Positions 25,054 through 37,207 of a DNA stretch of 64,000 nucleotides are shown here, in pieces. Made by a program: the position numbers and the translations under genes. A model generated the notes under the pieces. The model searched no databases. It was given only the letters and a program-made list of their open reading frames with translations, and had not been told where the DNA came from. Within the stretch, counting starts at the first letter, position 1; every line of letters begins with the position of its first letter. Source of the stretch: Glaucostegus cemiculus (lineage: Eukaryota); NCBI GenBank assembly GCA_976551045.1, contig CDPCPM010000033.1, positions 27,528,001 to 27,592,000 of the forward strand. Reading direction: 5' to 3'.

Positions 25054-25332
25054 CTTTAACAAGTAGTTTTGCAGAACAGGCATCTGTACCAACATCGTTG
25101 CTAACTTTACAGGTATAAGTACCCGCATCAGATATTTTAGCTGAGAGCAATTCTAGAAAATATGCTGAGTCTTCATTCCAAATAGAATATGCCACACCAT
25201 GCATCAATTCTCTGTCCCCTTTGAACCATTTTGTGGATAATGGTGTGCTTCCTTTCACAATACCCCTAAATTGCACTGTAGAACCGAGTACAACATCCTG
25301 CGACATTATTTTATCTGTAAAGCTTGGGGGTT
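25054..25332 (-). CDS. ttn: titin Ig exon F7
   Basis: 279 nt, EPPSFTDKIMSQDVVLG. Confidence 0.95.
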
Positions 25333-25550
25333 CTAAAAATCATACAACAAAGAAACATTTAATTAACTCAAGTTCATATATAAACTGGAAGAAATGATCA
25401 GATTAAAGCTAACTTTATTAATTACACACACTAACGTAGCCTTGTTGATTCACTTATTTAACTACTTCATCACTGCAACTAATGGCAAGTGCAAACTCTT
25501 TTGTAAACAAAATCAATGATAAAGAAATGTGACAAAGGAATGTTTCAAAC

Positions 25551-25838
25551 CTTTTACATTTAAGGCAGCACTGCATTCGTCCTTTCCTGCTGAATTTGCT
25601 GCTCTGCAAGTGTAAATTCCACCATCAGAAAAGTCTAGCTCATTGATTTCTAGTGAGACTGTGTTCTCTTGAAATAACATCTTATATTTGTCACTAGCTG
25701 ATATTTCCATGTCCTCTTTATACCAAGTAATGCTCATTGGAATAGAACCAGAAACCTTGAATTCCATTCGCACAAAAGATCCTAAAATACTGCTCATTTC
25801 CTTTAATTTTCTTGTTAACAATGGAGGAATTATTTGCT
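25551..25838 (-). CDS. ttn: titin Ig exon E7
   Basis: 288 nt, EQIIPPLLTRKLKEMSSILG. Confidence 0.95.
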
Positions 25839-25966
25839 CTGTTCATATAAAGGGATAAAGGACAAAAACATTAATGATCCTGAGTCAAATATTTCAAACT
25901 TTATGATAAGGTCCAGTATTTTTTCAAGTTTTAAGAAAACAAAGCTACTAAAAAGTATTCACTGAC

Positions 25967-26245
25967 CTAACACAGTCAAACGAATATTGCAGCTGTCAGC
26001 TCCAAACTCATTCTGAACTTGAAAAGTATAGTCTCCACTGTCATCCTTTTCAACAGACAGAATTTTTAACCTTGCTACCTTATTTGCAAAACTCAATTTA
26101 TATCTTCTGTTTGATTCCAGTTGCTTTCCACTTTTGAACCATACAACATTTAATACTGGTGTACCAGCTACAGTACATTCCAAAATGGCTGGGTTTCCTG
26201 AAGTCACTGTGAGTGGCTCAGATTTTTCTATGATATTCGCAGGTT
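25967..26245 (-). CDS. ttn: titin Ig exon D7
   Basis: 279 nt, EPANIIEKSEPLTVTSG. Confidence 0.95.
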
Positions 26246-26831
26246 CTGTGAAAAAATTAGACCATTTACATCAGGACAATTTAGCAATATTTAATCAAGA
26301 GTTACCATGTTAAGATAATAAATTTTGGGAGGGGTAAATTGCTGATGTGTATAATCCCTTTTATCTTGGGTCACAGCAATCAGAAACATTGGAATGCAAA
26401 TTCCTTTTGCATGCAGCTGTAGGTGTTCCATGCGAAATTAGCTTCAGCAGTCACAGTCAAAATTCTGACAGCATTGTGCTGATGGTACCAAATTATCCCT
26501 AACTGGACAATCAATTATCAATCTCATTTAGAAATACACTTGAGGAAAAAGGAAAAAATGCCTCATTGATCGCAAAGCAATCTTTTAAAGAGTTGACAAT
26601 GGTACATTGGGCACTATAGAGAATCAGAAAGGGAACAATATTCTGCATATTATGATGCCACACCTAATTCTGGCTGATGAACATGGAAAATATTCCCATT
26701 TCCAGTTATAACATTCCTCACTTTGATGTTCACATAATTAATTGTAAAATTAAAATGATTTTAGTGGTAACATAAATACCATGAAATACATATTATGCAG
26801 ATAATACTTGTGCTTATAATTTCTTACTAAC

Positions 26832-27110
26832 CCATTACAACCAAAGTAGCAAAGCATTTTGCTTTTCCTGCATCATTCTTTGCCTGACAAATATAATTTC
26901 CACTGTGATCTTCCTCAGCATTAATGATCTGTAATGTAGCAATATTGTTTTCGAAGGAAATTTTAGTATTTTCATCTTCATTGATACGTTTGTCATCTTT
27001 TTTCCAACTTGTAGTTATGGGTCCTGAGCCTCTTACAAGACACTGAAACACAGCTGGATTTCCAGAAAATACTGTTGCATTTTCTATTGTTTGTAAGAAG
27101 GTTGGTCGCT
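26832..27110 (-). CDS. ttn: titin Ig exon C7
   Basis: 279 nt, ERPTFLQTIENATVFSG. Confidence 0.95.
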
Positions 27111-27236
27111 CTAATTTGAAGAGAATATTTCTTGTTATATTTAAATCATGCTTGAAAAAGTATTACTTAATAAGAATATACTAATGATAAAAGTAACACA
27201 AAACATCCAAGAAACTTGAATAAGCACATAACTAAC

Positions 27237-27515
27237 CTTTCAAATTGAGTGTAGAACTGCAAGAACAACTTCCCACATCATTTTTGACCACACACTTGTA
27301 TTCACCAACATCTGTGCTATCAGATGTTAAAATGCAAAGACTGACTAAAGAAATGTCAGAGATCATTTTGTACTTTTTACTTCGATGAAGTTGCTTATTG
27401 TCCTTATACCACAAAACTTCAAAGGGAGTTGTACCAGCCACCTCACATTCAAGAGTAACATCACTAGATTTAACTACCTCAGCAGGTTCAAGTTTCTTCA
27501 TAAATGTAGGAGGTT
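27237..27515 (-). CDS. ttn: titin Ig exon B7
   Basis: 279 nt, EPPTFMKKLEPAEVVKS. Confidence 0.95.
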
Positions 27516-28308
27516 CTGAAGAGCAAACACGATAGTAATGTTTACAAATCACCAGGCCCATAGGTCAGGTTTACACAATGATTCCCAACAATAATTATCA
27601 AAAGAAAAGTCTGCATAATTTTATTTTAATGTGTTATAGGCAAGCACAGAAGACCAATCAGCATGCAAATATATCCTGCTATAGCTATCATTTAACACAG
27701 ATTAATAAAAATACATCAACAAATACCTGCAACCTTTTTACTTCATACAGTATCCACAACTTCAAAATAATTTTTAGCCAGGCCCATTAAAAAAAAATTT
27801 CCTAGATGCCCAGGAATCTAATCTTCAATATGAATTGGTTAGAAAGGGATGGGGGACAAGTGCAGGGATTGAACTTTGAATGTACTGGACAATAACAAAG
27901 CAATGATGCAGATTCCCTGCCACATCTGTAGACAAATAAACATTGCTAAGAAAGTAGCAAGGTCTTTGAGAGAATTTAAACATCTTTCCATAATGGTACA
28001 AGGAGAAGCAGGAGAGCTCCTTCTGGCACAATGAAGAAAGTCTTGGTCTCTAAGTGAGGGATTCCTACTTAAGCAGCAATGGTCTGGAAGTTAAAATCAG
28101 TCTTCAGAAGTCAGTTCTGAAACATTCCATTAAAATAGTCAGCTTTTGTTCCATAAATCAATTTGAGTATAGCAGTTAATTTTAATGCCCATTTAAAAAG
28201 GCATAATATTCACTTTTAAATAGAGGCTCTCATTAAACAAAAGGTGCAATGTGGCTGGAAAGACTTCTGAACCAACCATGGAAAATGAAATTGGGAATAT
28301 TTACACAC

Positions 28309-28590
28309 CTTTAACTGTGACCATAATGTCGCAAGATTCACTGCCAGCTTCATTCTGGGCTTTACAGGTATAATTCCCACTGTCATCCAAGATTACATTA
28401 GTAATCTCTAAGATTGCCACAGAATCAACAAACGTCATTCTGTATTTTTCATCAATACTAATTTCACGATAATTCTTGAACCAAGTGACTTTGATTTCAG
28501 GTGTGCCAGTTACTTTACACTCAAAACTTGCTGTCTCTCCTTTTTTAAATATTGCTGTTGGAGCTAACTTCTTAATAAAATATGGAGGCT
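28309..28590 (-). CDS. ttn: titin Ig exon A7
   Basis: 282 nt, EPPYFIKKLAPTAIFKKG. Confidence 0.95.
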
Positions 28591-28808
28591 CTGTAGAAAA
28601 AATTGTTGCAAACTTCATGAATATATAAAAATCCAAAACAAATCCATTCAACATAAAGAACAATGAGACACATAGAACATTTAAAATGAAGACAACACAT
28701 AGCACAAAAGTCACATTAATAATAACAAAGAGAACATTACAGAGCAAATTAAAGAAAATTCTGCACACAATATTTAAAACCATTCCACAATACAGACAAA
28801 TTGCACAC

Positions 28809-29087
28809 CTTTGATAAAGAGTCTTGCCACACAAGTGGCACTGCCAACTTTGTTGCTGACTTCACAAATATAGTCACCCGAATCAGAAACTTTGGCTGAA
28901 AACAACTCAAGTAAACTTGTTGAACTTTCATTTACAATGAAATAATCAGCTCCAGACATCAGTTCCCTGCCATCCTTCAGCCATTTTATAGTTAGTGGAG
29001 CAGTTCCTTTCACAACACTTCTAAACTGCACTGTTGAACCAGGTAAGCTTTCCTGCGCTATAGGTTTTTCTACAAAACTTGGCGGCT
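28809..29087 (-). CDS. ttn: titin Ig exon F6
   Basis: 279 nt, EPPSFVEKPIAQESLPG. Confidence 0.95.
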
Positions 29088-29321
29088 CTGAAAGTCAGGT
29101 AAAAAAAAATTGGATTCCAATGAGCACATTGTTTACACTGCATCGTATGTCAAGAGAAATAAAGAGTCAGAAGTAAAAATAAGAAATTACAATAAATTGC
29201 AATCAAATTTTAGGCTCTAAATACATTAATTTTCCTCTAAGAGGCAAAAAATCAAAAATTGAATATGTGTATAAATATAAAAGATATATAATTGAACTGA
29301 AAGCAAATTCAACTTTCAAAC

Positions 29322-29609
29322 CTGTTACATTTAAGAAACCACTGCATTCATCACTTCCCACTGAATTGGTTGCTTTGCAAATATATGTTCCACGATCTGA
29401 AATCTCTAGTTGATTCACTTCCAAAGTTGTTGTGTTATCTTGAGATAATATTTTGTATTTCTCACTTGTCATTATTAATATGCTATCTTTATACCAAGAG
29501 TAGGTCATCGGAAGAGAACCAGAAACTTTGCATTCCAGTTGTATGAAAGACCCTAAAACACTGTCCACTCTGCGTAATTTTCTTTTAAACAATGGGGGAA
29601 TTAGTTGAT
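29322..29609 (-). CDS. ttn: titin Ig exon E6
   Basis: 288 nt, DQLIPPLFKRKLRRVDSVLG. Confidence 0.95.
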
Positions 29610-29942
29610 CTGTCCAAGGTAAAGTGACAAAAGCACAGTCAATCAATTCATACAGCAAATATTTAAATGAATCAAAATCTATTGTGCCTTTTTAAAGTAA
29701 GAATTGTCATGTTCATTCGTATATGTCTTAGATGACTACTGAAAAATAAAATTAATTTCAAATTTTCCAGAATAGCTGATCTGCCAAATCCCTTCTTCAC
29801 AAGATTCCAATTTGAAAATTATAACATTACCTTTAAATAAGTTACTGTTCAATGCAATCAGGACTTTACTATTTAATAGCCACTTTTATAACACATTAGA
29901 TAAATAGATTAGCTGACTTCTAATTGCAAATAAGACACTAAC

Positions 29943-30221
29943 CTAATACTGTCAATGAAGCTTTACAGCTGCTGGTTCCAAACTGATTCTTGACTTCAAA
30001 AGTATATTCACCAGTGTCATCATTAGAAACAGAAGGAAACTTCAGGCTGACCACATTATTTTCAAAGCTGATTCTGTGTTTCCGACTAGACGTCATTTCA
30101 TTACCATCTTTAAAACATTTAACTTTTAGTTCTGGTGTACCAGTTACAGTACATTCCAGGTTTGCTGTATTTCCTGCTGTCACACTGATTGACTGTGCTT
30201 GTTCTGTGATTTTTGCTGGTT
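29943..30221 (-). CDS. ttn: titin Ig exon D6
   Basis: 279 nt, EPAKITEQAQSISVTAG. Confidence 0.95.
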
Positions 30222-30363
30222 CTATAAGAATAAAAATCTCTTTTATTTGTCATTGGTATGAATTTCCTTTTAGTTAATGCATGGCAAAGTATTTGAATTG
30301 ATTTATGATTAGAAAAAACAATGGAGTGCAGGGAAATATTAAGTTAATCAATATCCCACTGAC

Positions 30364-30642
30364 CTGCTACCAACAATGTGGCAAAGCACTTCTCAGTTCC
30401 TGCATCATTCTTGGCCTGGCACGTATACTTTCCAGCATGATTTTCTCCAACAGCATTTATTTGAAGAGTAGCAATATTATTCTCAAAAGACAAAGCAATA
30501 TTACCATCTTCTTCAATAACATCTTTATCTTTCATCCAAGTTAAATAAATAGGCTTTGAGCCTTTTACTTGACTTTGGAATACAACTGAATTGCCTGATA
30601 CTGTTGTTATATTCTCAATCTTCTTTATAAATCCTGGGGGTT
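30364..30642 (-). CDS. ttn: titin Ig exon C6
   Basis: 279 nt, EPPGFIKKIENITTVSG. Confidence 0.95.
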
Positions 30643-30818
30643 CTAGTTTAAAATAAATAATAACACAGCTAAGTGGGATTATTTAATTTTTCCATGACAG
30701 TTAAAAAGTAAGATAAAATGAAGACTTTTACAAATAAGTCAGCATTGAATTTCCAAACATGAAATAAGATGATTCTGATGTCACCTTAAATATCTTCTGA
30801 CAACACTGTAAAACTGAC

Positions 30819-31097
30819 CTTTTAAACTGACTGTAGAACTGCAGGAACAACACCCCACGTCATTTTGTACGACGCACTTGTATTCACCAACATCTGACGT
30901 ATCAGAGTTCAGAACGTACACACTAACTAAAGAACCATCAGAGATCATTTTGTATTTCTTACTGCGTCGAATTTGTTTATTGTCCTTATACCACATAACT
31001 TCAAAGGGACCTGTACCAGCCACCTCACATTCAAGAGAAATATCATTGGATTTAACTATCTCAGTGGATTGAAGTTTCCGTCTAAAACTTGGTGGTT
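30819..31097 (-). CDS. ttn: titin Ig exon B6
   Basis: 279 nt, EPPSFRRKLQSTEIVKS. Confidence 0.95.
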
Positions 31098-31216
31098 CTA
31101 AAAAGTAATCACAATAAAATATATCTAAATGAGTCAAAATACAGAAACTATCAGTATTCCTGCTCAAGAAAGTAAAGAATATATAGTCTTATTGAATAAA
31201 AGACATCATTACAGAC

Positions 31217-31498
31217 CTTTAACTTCAACTTCAGTGCTGCAGCTCTCACTACCAGCTTCATTTTGTGCTTCACAGATGTAGCACGCACTGTCGTTCAGAA
31301 TCACATCAATAATCTCAAGAACTGCCACAGCACCATCAAATGACATCATAAACTTTTCACTGGCTATAATTTCATCACCATTTTTGTACCAGGTAACTTT
31401 TATGTTAGGTGTGCCCCTTATACTGCACTCAAAACGTGCTGAGACTCCTTCCTTTAAAATTGTTGGGGAGTGCAGCTTTTTAATGAAGCTTGGAGGTT
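31217..31498 (-). CDS. ttn: titin Ig exon A6
   Basis: 282 nt, EPPSFIKKLHSPTILKEG. Confidence 0.95.
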
Positions 31499-32039
31499 CT
31501 AGAATCCAAAATATTACAAATTTCAACAGACGTTTATAAGGCAATCAAAACTAATTCAAACAAATGTGCATGCATAAATAACTGGCCATAAAACACAGAG
31601 ATCAGATTCACCAAACATACTCAAAACTAAGCTGTCTCTCTTTAGTCAGGGAAACAGCATTCTTTTTTTCATGTTCCCCATCACTGCATCCAGTAAAATG
31701 GTTTGTTACTCATTAGTGATGTGAGATACTAGGCTATGAGAATTCTTATAGCTGCCATCATTGTCATTAGTTTCAATTAAGAGACAGAATTCTCCACCAT
31801 TAAGTGTGCCTCATCTTGCAGTTAATGGGGCTTCCAAGAGCATTAGGTCTGACAAGCAAATCAGATCTAAATGCCTCAAGACACCATGTGCACTTCATGT
31901 TTGCCAATATCCATTTCTTTAGCAACATCTGGTCAATCATCAAGAAAACAAACGATGTTGCTGAACTTTCAAGGTAGAAAAGCAGGAAAAAACAATTCAT
32001 ACAACTCAAAACTGCAGATAAAAATCCATAATTCCACAC

Positions 32040-32318
32040 CTTTAACAAACAGTTTTGCAGAGCAGGCATCTGTACCAATATCGTTGCTAACTTGGCAGGT
32101 ATAACTACCCGCATCAGATATCTTAGCTGAGAGCAATTCCAGAAAATACGTTGAGCCTTCATTCCAAATAGAATATGCCACACCATGCATCAATTCTCTG
32201 TCCCCTTTGAACCATTTTATAGATAATGGTGTGCTTCCTTTCACAACACCCCTAAATTGCACTGTAGAACCAAGTACAACATCCTGCGACATTATTTTAT
32301 CTATAAAGCTTGGCGGTT
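32040..32318 (-). CDS. ttn: titin Ig exon F5
   Basis: 279 nt, EPPSFIDKIMSQDVVLG. Confidence 0.95.
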
Positions 32319-32578
32319 CTAAAAATCAAATAAAAAAAACATTTGATTAACAGGTTCATAGATGAACTATATAAACTGTTCTGATTAAAGTTAACTATAC
32401 AAATTATATGTGCTAATATATCCGTCAGAAGTCTATAGAAGTCTTAAAGAGAAATATGGTTGATTCATTTATTTAGATACTTCACTACTGCATCAAGCTA
32501 CATACAGAAACTTGTTTTGTAAAGAATGTATTTACATTTAGAACCAAGAAAGACATATAGGAAAGCAACAATTCAAAC

Positions 32579-32866
32579 CTTTTATACTTAACACAGCACT
32601 GCAGTCATCTTTTCCTGCTGAATTGGCTACTTTACAAGTGTAAATTCCACCATCTGAAAAATCTAACTCATTGACTTCTAAAGAGATAGTGTTTTCTTGA
32701 AATAGCATCTTGTATTTGTTACTAGCTGATACTTTTTGATCCTCTTTGTACCAAGTAACACTCATTGGGATAGAACCAGAAACTTTGCATTCCATTCGCA
32801 CAAAATACCCTAAAGTACTGCCCACGTCCTTTAGTTTCCTTGTAAACAATGGAGGAATTATTTGTT
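32579..32866 (-). CDS. ttn: titin Ig exon E5
   Basis: 288 nt, EQIIPPLFTRKLKDVGSTLG. Confidence 0.95.
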
Positions 32867-32988
32867 CTGTTCAATATAAAAGGAAAAAAAAATGATAAAA
32901 CACAAATGATATATTATACTTCTAACTTTGTGATGGCTTTGAATCAAAAGATATAAAAGAAAAACATCAACATAATTTGCATACTGAC

Positions 32989-33267
32989 CTATCACGGTCA
33001 ATGAAATATTACATTTGTTGGCTCCAAACTCATTTTGGACTTCAAAAGTATATTCTCCACTGTCATTCATTTCAACGGACAAAATTTTTAGACTGGCCAC
33101 CTTATTCACAAAACTCAATTTATATCTTCTATTTGATTCTAGCTGCTTTCCATTTTTGAACCATGCAACATTTAATACTGGTGTTCCAGCTACTGTACAT
33201 TCCAAAATAGCAGGATTTCCTGAAGTCACCGTGAGAGGCTCAGTTTTTTCTATGATATTTGCAGGTT
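32989..33267 (-). CDS. ttn: titin Ig exon D5
   Basis: 279 nt, EPANIIEKTEPLTVTSG. Confidence 0.95.
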
Positions 33268-33793
33268 CTGTAGGAAAAATACATTAGTTACTTCACAACT
33301 GAATCAATACTTATGTCAGGAATGATAGTTTATGATAATAAATTTTGTGGTGAACAGACATCACTGTGGTTTTGTAAGTTTATTGACAGGTTCAAACCTA
33401 GATAATACTACTATAATAAATGCTTTCACGACATGCTTGCTGAATGTATTCCTTGCAATGAGTTTTGGAAATCTCAGTCCAGCTTGCAGTGCCTCACAAA
33501 GTAGATAGTGATGGAAAATGGATAAAATAACAAACCATTATATTGGAAGTGCTTTTCAAAGGATTTGCCTATGGCTTGTTGGAGATAAGCAGAAGTACCT
33601 ATATTCTAAATATTACTAAACAACCCTAAAATGGCTGCTCAAGATGGAAAACATTTCCGATATCAACCATAACATATATTACTTTAATATTAACAGAATT
33701 CATTCAAATTTGCAATAATTTAACATGTAAATACCCTGAATCTGAAATCAATAGTTTCTGGGCAAATTTTTCTATTCATAATTTCCTACTAAC

Positions 33794-34072
33794 CCATTAC
33801 AGCCAGTGTGGCGAAGCACTTTGCTGTTCCCGCATCATTTTTTGCCTGACAAATATAAGTTCCACTGTGATTTTCTTCAGCTTTAATGATCTGTAATGTG
33901 GCAGTATTGTTTTCAAAGGAAATCTTAATATTATCATTCTCTTTGATACGTTTGTCATCTTTTCTCCAGCTTGTAATGATAGGGACTGAGCCTCTTACAA
34001 GACATTGAAATACAGCAGAATTTCCAGAAAATACAGTTGCATTTTCTATTGTTTGTATGAAGGCTGGTCGCT
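33794..34072 (-). CDS. ttn: titin Ig exon C5 (absent from ORF track)
   Basis: 279 nt, cag|ERPAFIQTIENATVFSG...ATLAVM|gttagt, translated by hand. Confidence 0.93.
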
Positions 34073-34247
34073 CTGGTTTGAAGTAAAGAGAATATACCAG
34101 GTTATAACTTACAGTTACACTACCAACATTTAATAATTAAAAATATTCTGCTTTAAAACATCCAATATTACATAATTCCATGATAATGAAACAAATAACA
34201 TACAACATCCAGGCAAGATTACTTACTTGAATTAGAATTTAACTGAC

Positions 34248-34526
34248 CTTTCAAACTGACTGTAGAACTGCAGGAACAGCTTCCCACATCATTCTTTACC
34301 ATGCACTTGTATTCACCAACATCTGAGCTATCAGACGTTAGAATGCAAAGACTGACTAAAAAGTTGTCAGAAATCATTTTGTATTTTTTACTTCGTCGTA
34401 TTTGTTTATTATCCTTATACCACAAAACTTCAAAGGGAGCTGTTCCAGCCACCTCACATTCAAGAGTAACATCACTGGCTTTAACTACCTCAATCGGTTC
34501 AAGTTCCTTAGTGAATGTAGGAGGTT
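34248..34526 (-). CDS. ttn: titin Ig exon B5
   Basis: 279 nt, EPPTFTKELEPIEVVKA. Confidence 0.95.
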
Positions 34527-34754
34527 CTGAAGAGTAAACATGATATCGTGATTTACAAATCACAGGCCACTAAATTCAGGTTTGCACAATGTCTCTTATA
34601 AAAAGCCATACTCAGCAAAAATCTTCACCTTATCAGCAGGAAGCATCAATAATTGCAAATTGAGACCCTAAGATATATAAGTGACCCAAATAGCAGTTTA
34701 AAGAACCCCCAAGCAACATGCCCACTGCAACTGCACATGGATAAATTCCATAAT

Positions 34755-35510
34755 TTAATCCTGGTATGTGTGAGGTTATACACTTTGGGAGGACTAATAA
34801 AGATAGGACACTCACAATGAACAGTAGGGGCTTAAGGAGTATTGAAAATGGAAAGATGTCAATGTACAAACCTAAGGATCCTGACATGGCAGCACATGTG
34901 GATAAACTGGTGAAGAAGGCATATAGAATACTTACTTTCATTAGCCATGGCATGTAATATAAGAGCATGGAGATTGTGATAGAATGTCATAAACCATTCA
35001 TTAGGCCACAGCTGGAGTATTATGTACAGCTCTGGTTGCTCCACTATCCAAAGGAAATGATGCAGAGGAGGTTCACCAGGATGTTGTTTGGATGGAGTAC
35101 ATCAGTTAAAAGGAAAAATTGGATAGGCTGGGTTTGTTTTCCTTGGAGCATAAGAGGCTGAGGGGAGGGCCTGATAAAGGTATACAAAGTTATGACGGGC
35201 ATTGATTGTGGTGGATTATAGGAAGCTTTTCTCGTAGCAGAGGTATCTAAAACTAAAGAGCATAGGTTTAGGGTAAGGGATAAGATATTTACAGAGGATC
35301 TGAGGAAAGACTTTTTCATCCAATGAGAGTGGATGGAATCTGGAATATGCTGGCTAAGTGGGTAATGGAGGCAGATACCCTCATTGTGTTAAGTATCAAG
35401 GAAGCTAAGGACCAACTGCTGTTAAATGGGATTAGTAGAGATAGATGCGTGATGCTTGACATGGTCATGACAGATTGAAGGGCCTGCTTTGTGCTTCAAG
35501 GTTCTATGAC
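34755..35510 (+). mobile_element. CR1 LINE 3' portion, decayed
   Basis: CEVIHFGRTN, RPQLEYYVQLW, QRRFTRML, then gaagggcctg..ttctatgactc tail. Confidence 0.85.
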
Positions 35511-35881
35511 TCATCCTGGGACTATAAGAAGAAGGGGAACTCCTGGCCTTGTAAAGAAACTTTGGGCTTCAACATCTTTGGATATGATACCCATAGCTAC
35601 CAAAATATGCCAAGGCCTCCAACAAGGAAGGCTGGTCTGCTTCAGCAGCACCCTACTGAAAAGTCAAATCACTGAAAAATAGTTATATTTTATTTTATGG
35701 ACCAGTTGGAATCAGAAGACAAGTGGCAATTAGGTGGTAAACATATTGGCCAATTAAAAATGTACAAGAATCAGCTCATTATGACAAGGCCCTCATTATT
35801 TCTTAATTAAACATCAGTTGCAACATGACTGGAAAAGCTAATGGACTAATGATGTAAAATGGAACAGGAATTTTTGCACAC

Positions 35882-36163
35882 CTTTAACTGTTACTGTAAT
35901 GTCACAAGCTTCACTGCCAGCTTCATTCTGGGCTTTACAGGTATAATTCCCACTGTCATCCAGGCTTACATCAGCAATCTCCAAGAATGCCACAGAATCA
36001 ATAAATGACATTTTATATTTCTCATTGACATTAATTTCATGATGATTCTTGAACCAAGTTACTTTAATTTCTGGTGTGCCGGTTATTTTACACTCAAAAC
36101 TTGCTGTCTCTCCTTGTTTAAATACTGCTGTTGGTTCTAACTTCATAATAAAATACGGAGGCT
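35882..36163 (-). CDS. ttn: titin Ig exon A5
   Basis: 282 nt, EPPYFIMKLEPTAVFKQG. Confidence 0.95.
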
Positions 36164-36420
36164 CTGTAGGAAACAACATTGTAAATTTAACAATATATAC
36201 AGTACTAAAGTCCAAAATGATTCCATTCAGCATAAAGAATGATTCACATGGAACATGCAAGAAGAACAAAGGAAGACAACACAGTGCACAAAATTAACAT
36301 TAAGAATAACAGAGAAAATTATGTAGAAAATCAAAGAAAGACTCCTGCACACAAATGTAAATAGACGGCACTTTTAAAGCCATTCCACAACAATTCAACA
36401 AATACAGATAAATTGCACAC

Positions 36421-36699
36421 CTTTGATAAAGAGTCTTGCCACACAAGTGGCACTGCCAACTTTGTTGCTGACTTCACAAATATAGTCACCCGAATCAGAA
36501 ACTTTGGCTGAAAACAACTCAAGTAAGCTTGTTGAACTTTCATTTACAATGAAATAATCAGCTCCAGACATCAGTTCCCTGCCATCCTTCAGCCATTTTA
36601 TAGTTAGTGGAGCAGTTCCTTTCACAATACTTCTAAACTGCACTGTTGAACCAGGTAAGCTTTCCTGCGCTATAGGTTTTTCTACAAAACCTGGCGGCT
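36421..36699 (-). CDS. ttn: titin Ig exon F4
   Basis: 279 nt, EPPGFVEKPIAQESLPG. Confidence 0.95.
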
Positions 36700-36919
36700 C
36701 TGAAAATCAGGCAAAAAAAATTGGATTCCAATGAGCACATTGTTTACATTGCATTGTATGTCAACAAAAATAAAATGTCAGAATTAAAATAAGAAATTAC
36801 AATAAATTGCAGTCTAATTTTAAGCTGCCTTTGGGTAAGATGCAAAAATCAAAAATTTAAGAAGAGTAGAAATACAATAAAGATATAAAGTGAACTGAAA
36901 GCAAATTCAACTTTCAAAC

Positions 36920-37207
36920 CTGTTACATTTAAGAAACCACTGCATTCATCACTTCCCACTGAATTGGTTGCTTTGCAAATGTAAGTTCCACGATCTGGAA
37001 TCTCTAGTTGATTCACTTCCAAAGTTGTTGTGTTATCTTGAGATAATATTTTGTACTTCTCACTAGCCATTATTAATATGCCATCTTTACACCATGAGAA
37101 GCTCATTGGAAGAGAACCAGAAACTTTGCATTCCATCTGTATGGATGATCCTAAAACACTGTCCATTTTCCGTAATTTCCGTGTAAACACTGGAGGAATT
37201 AGTTGAT
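36920..37207 (-). CDS. ttn: titin Ig exon E4
   Basis: 288 nt, DQLIPPVFTRKLRKMDSVLG. Confidence 0.95.
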
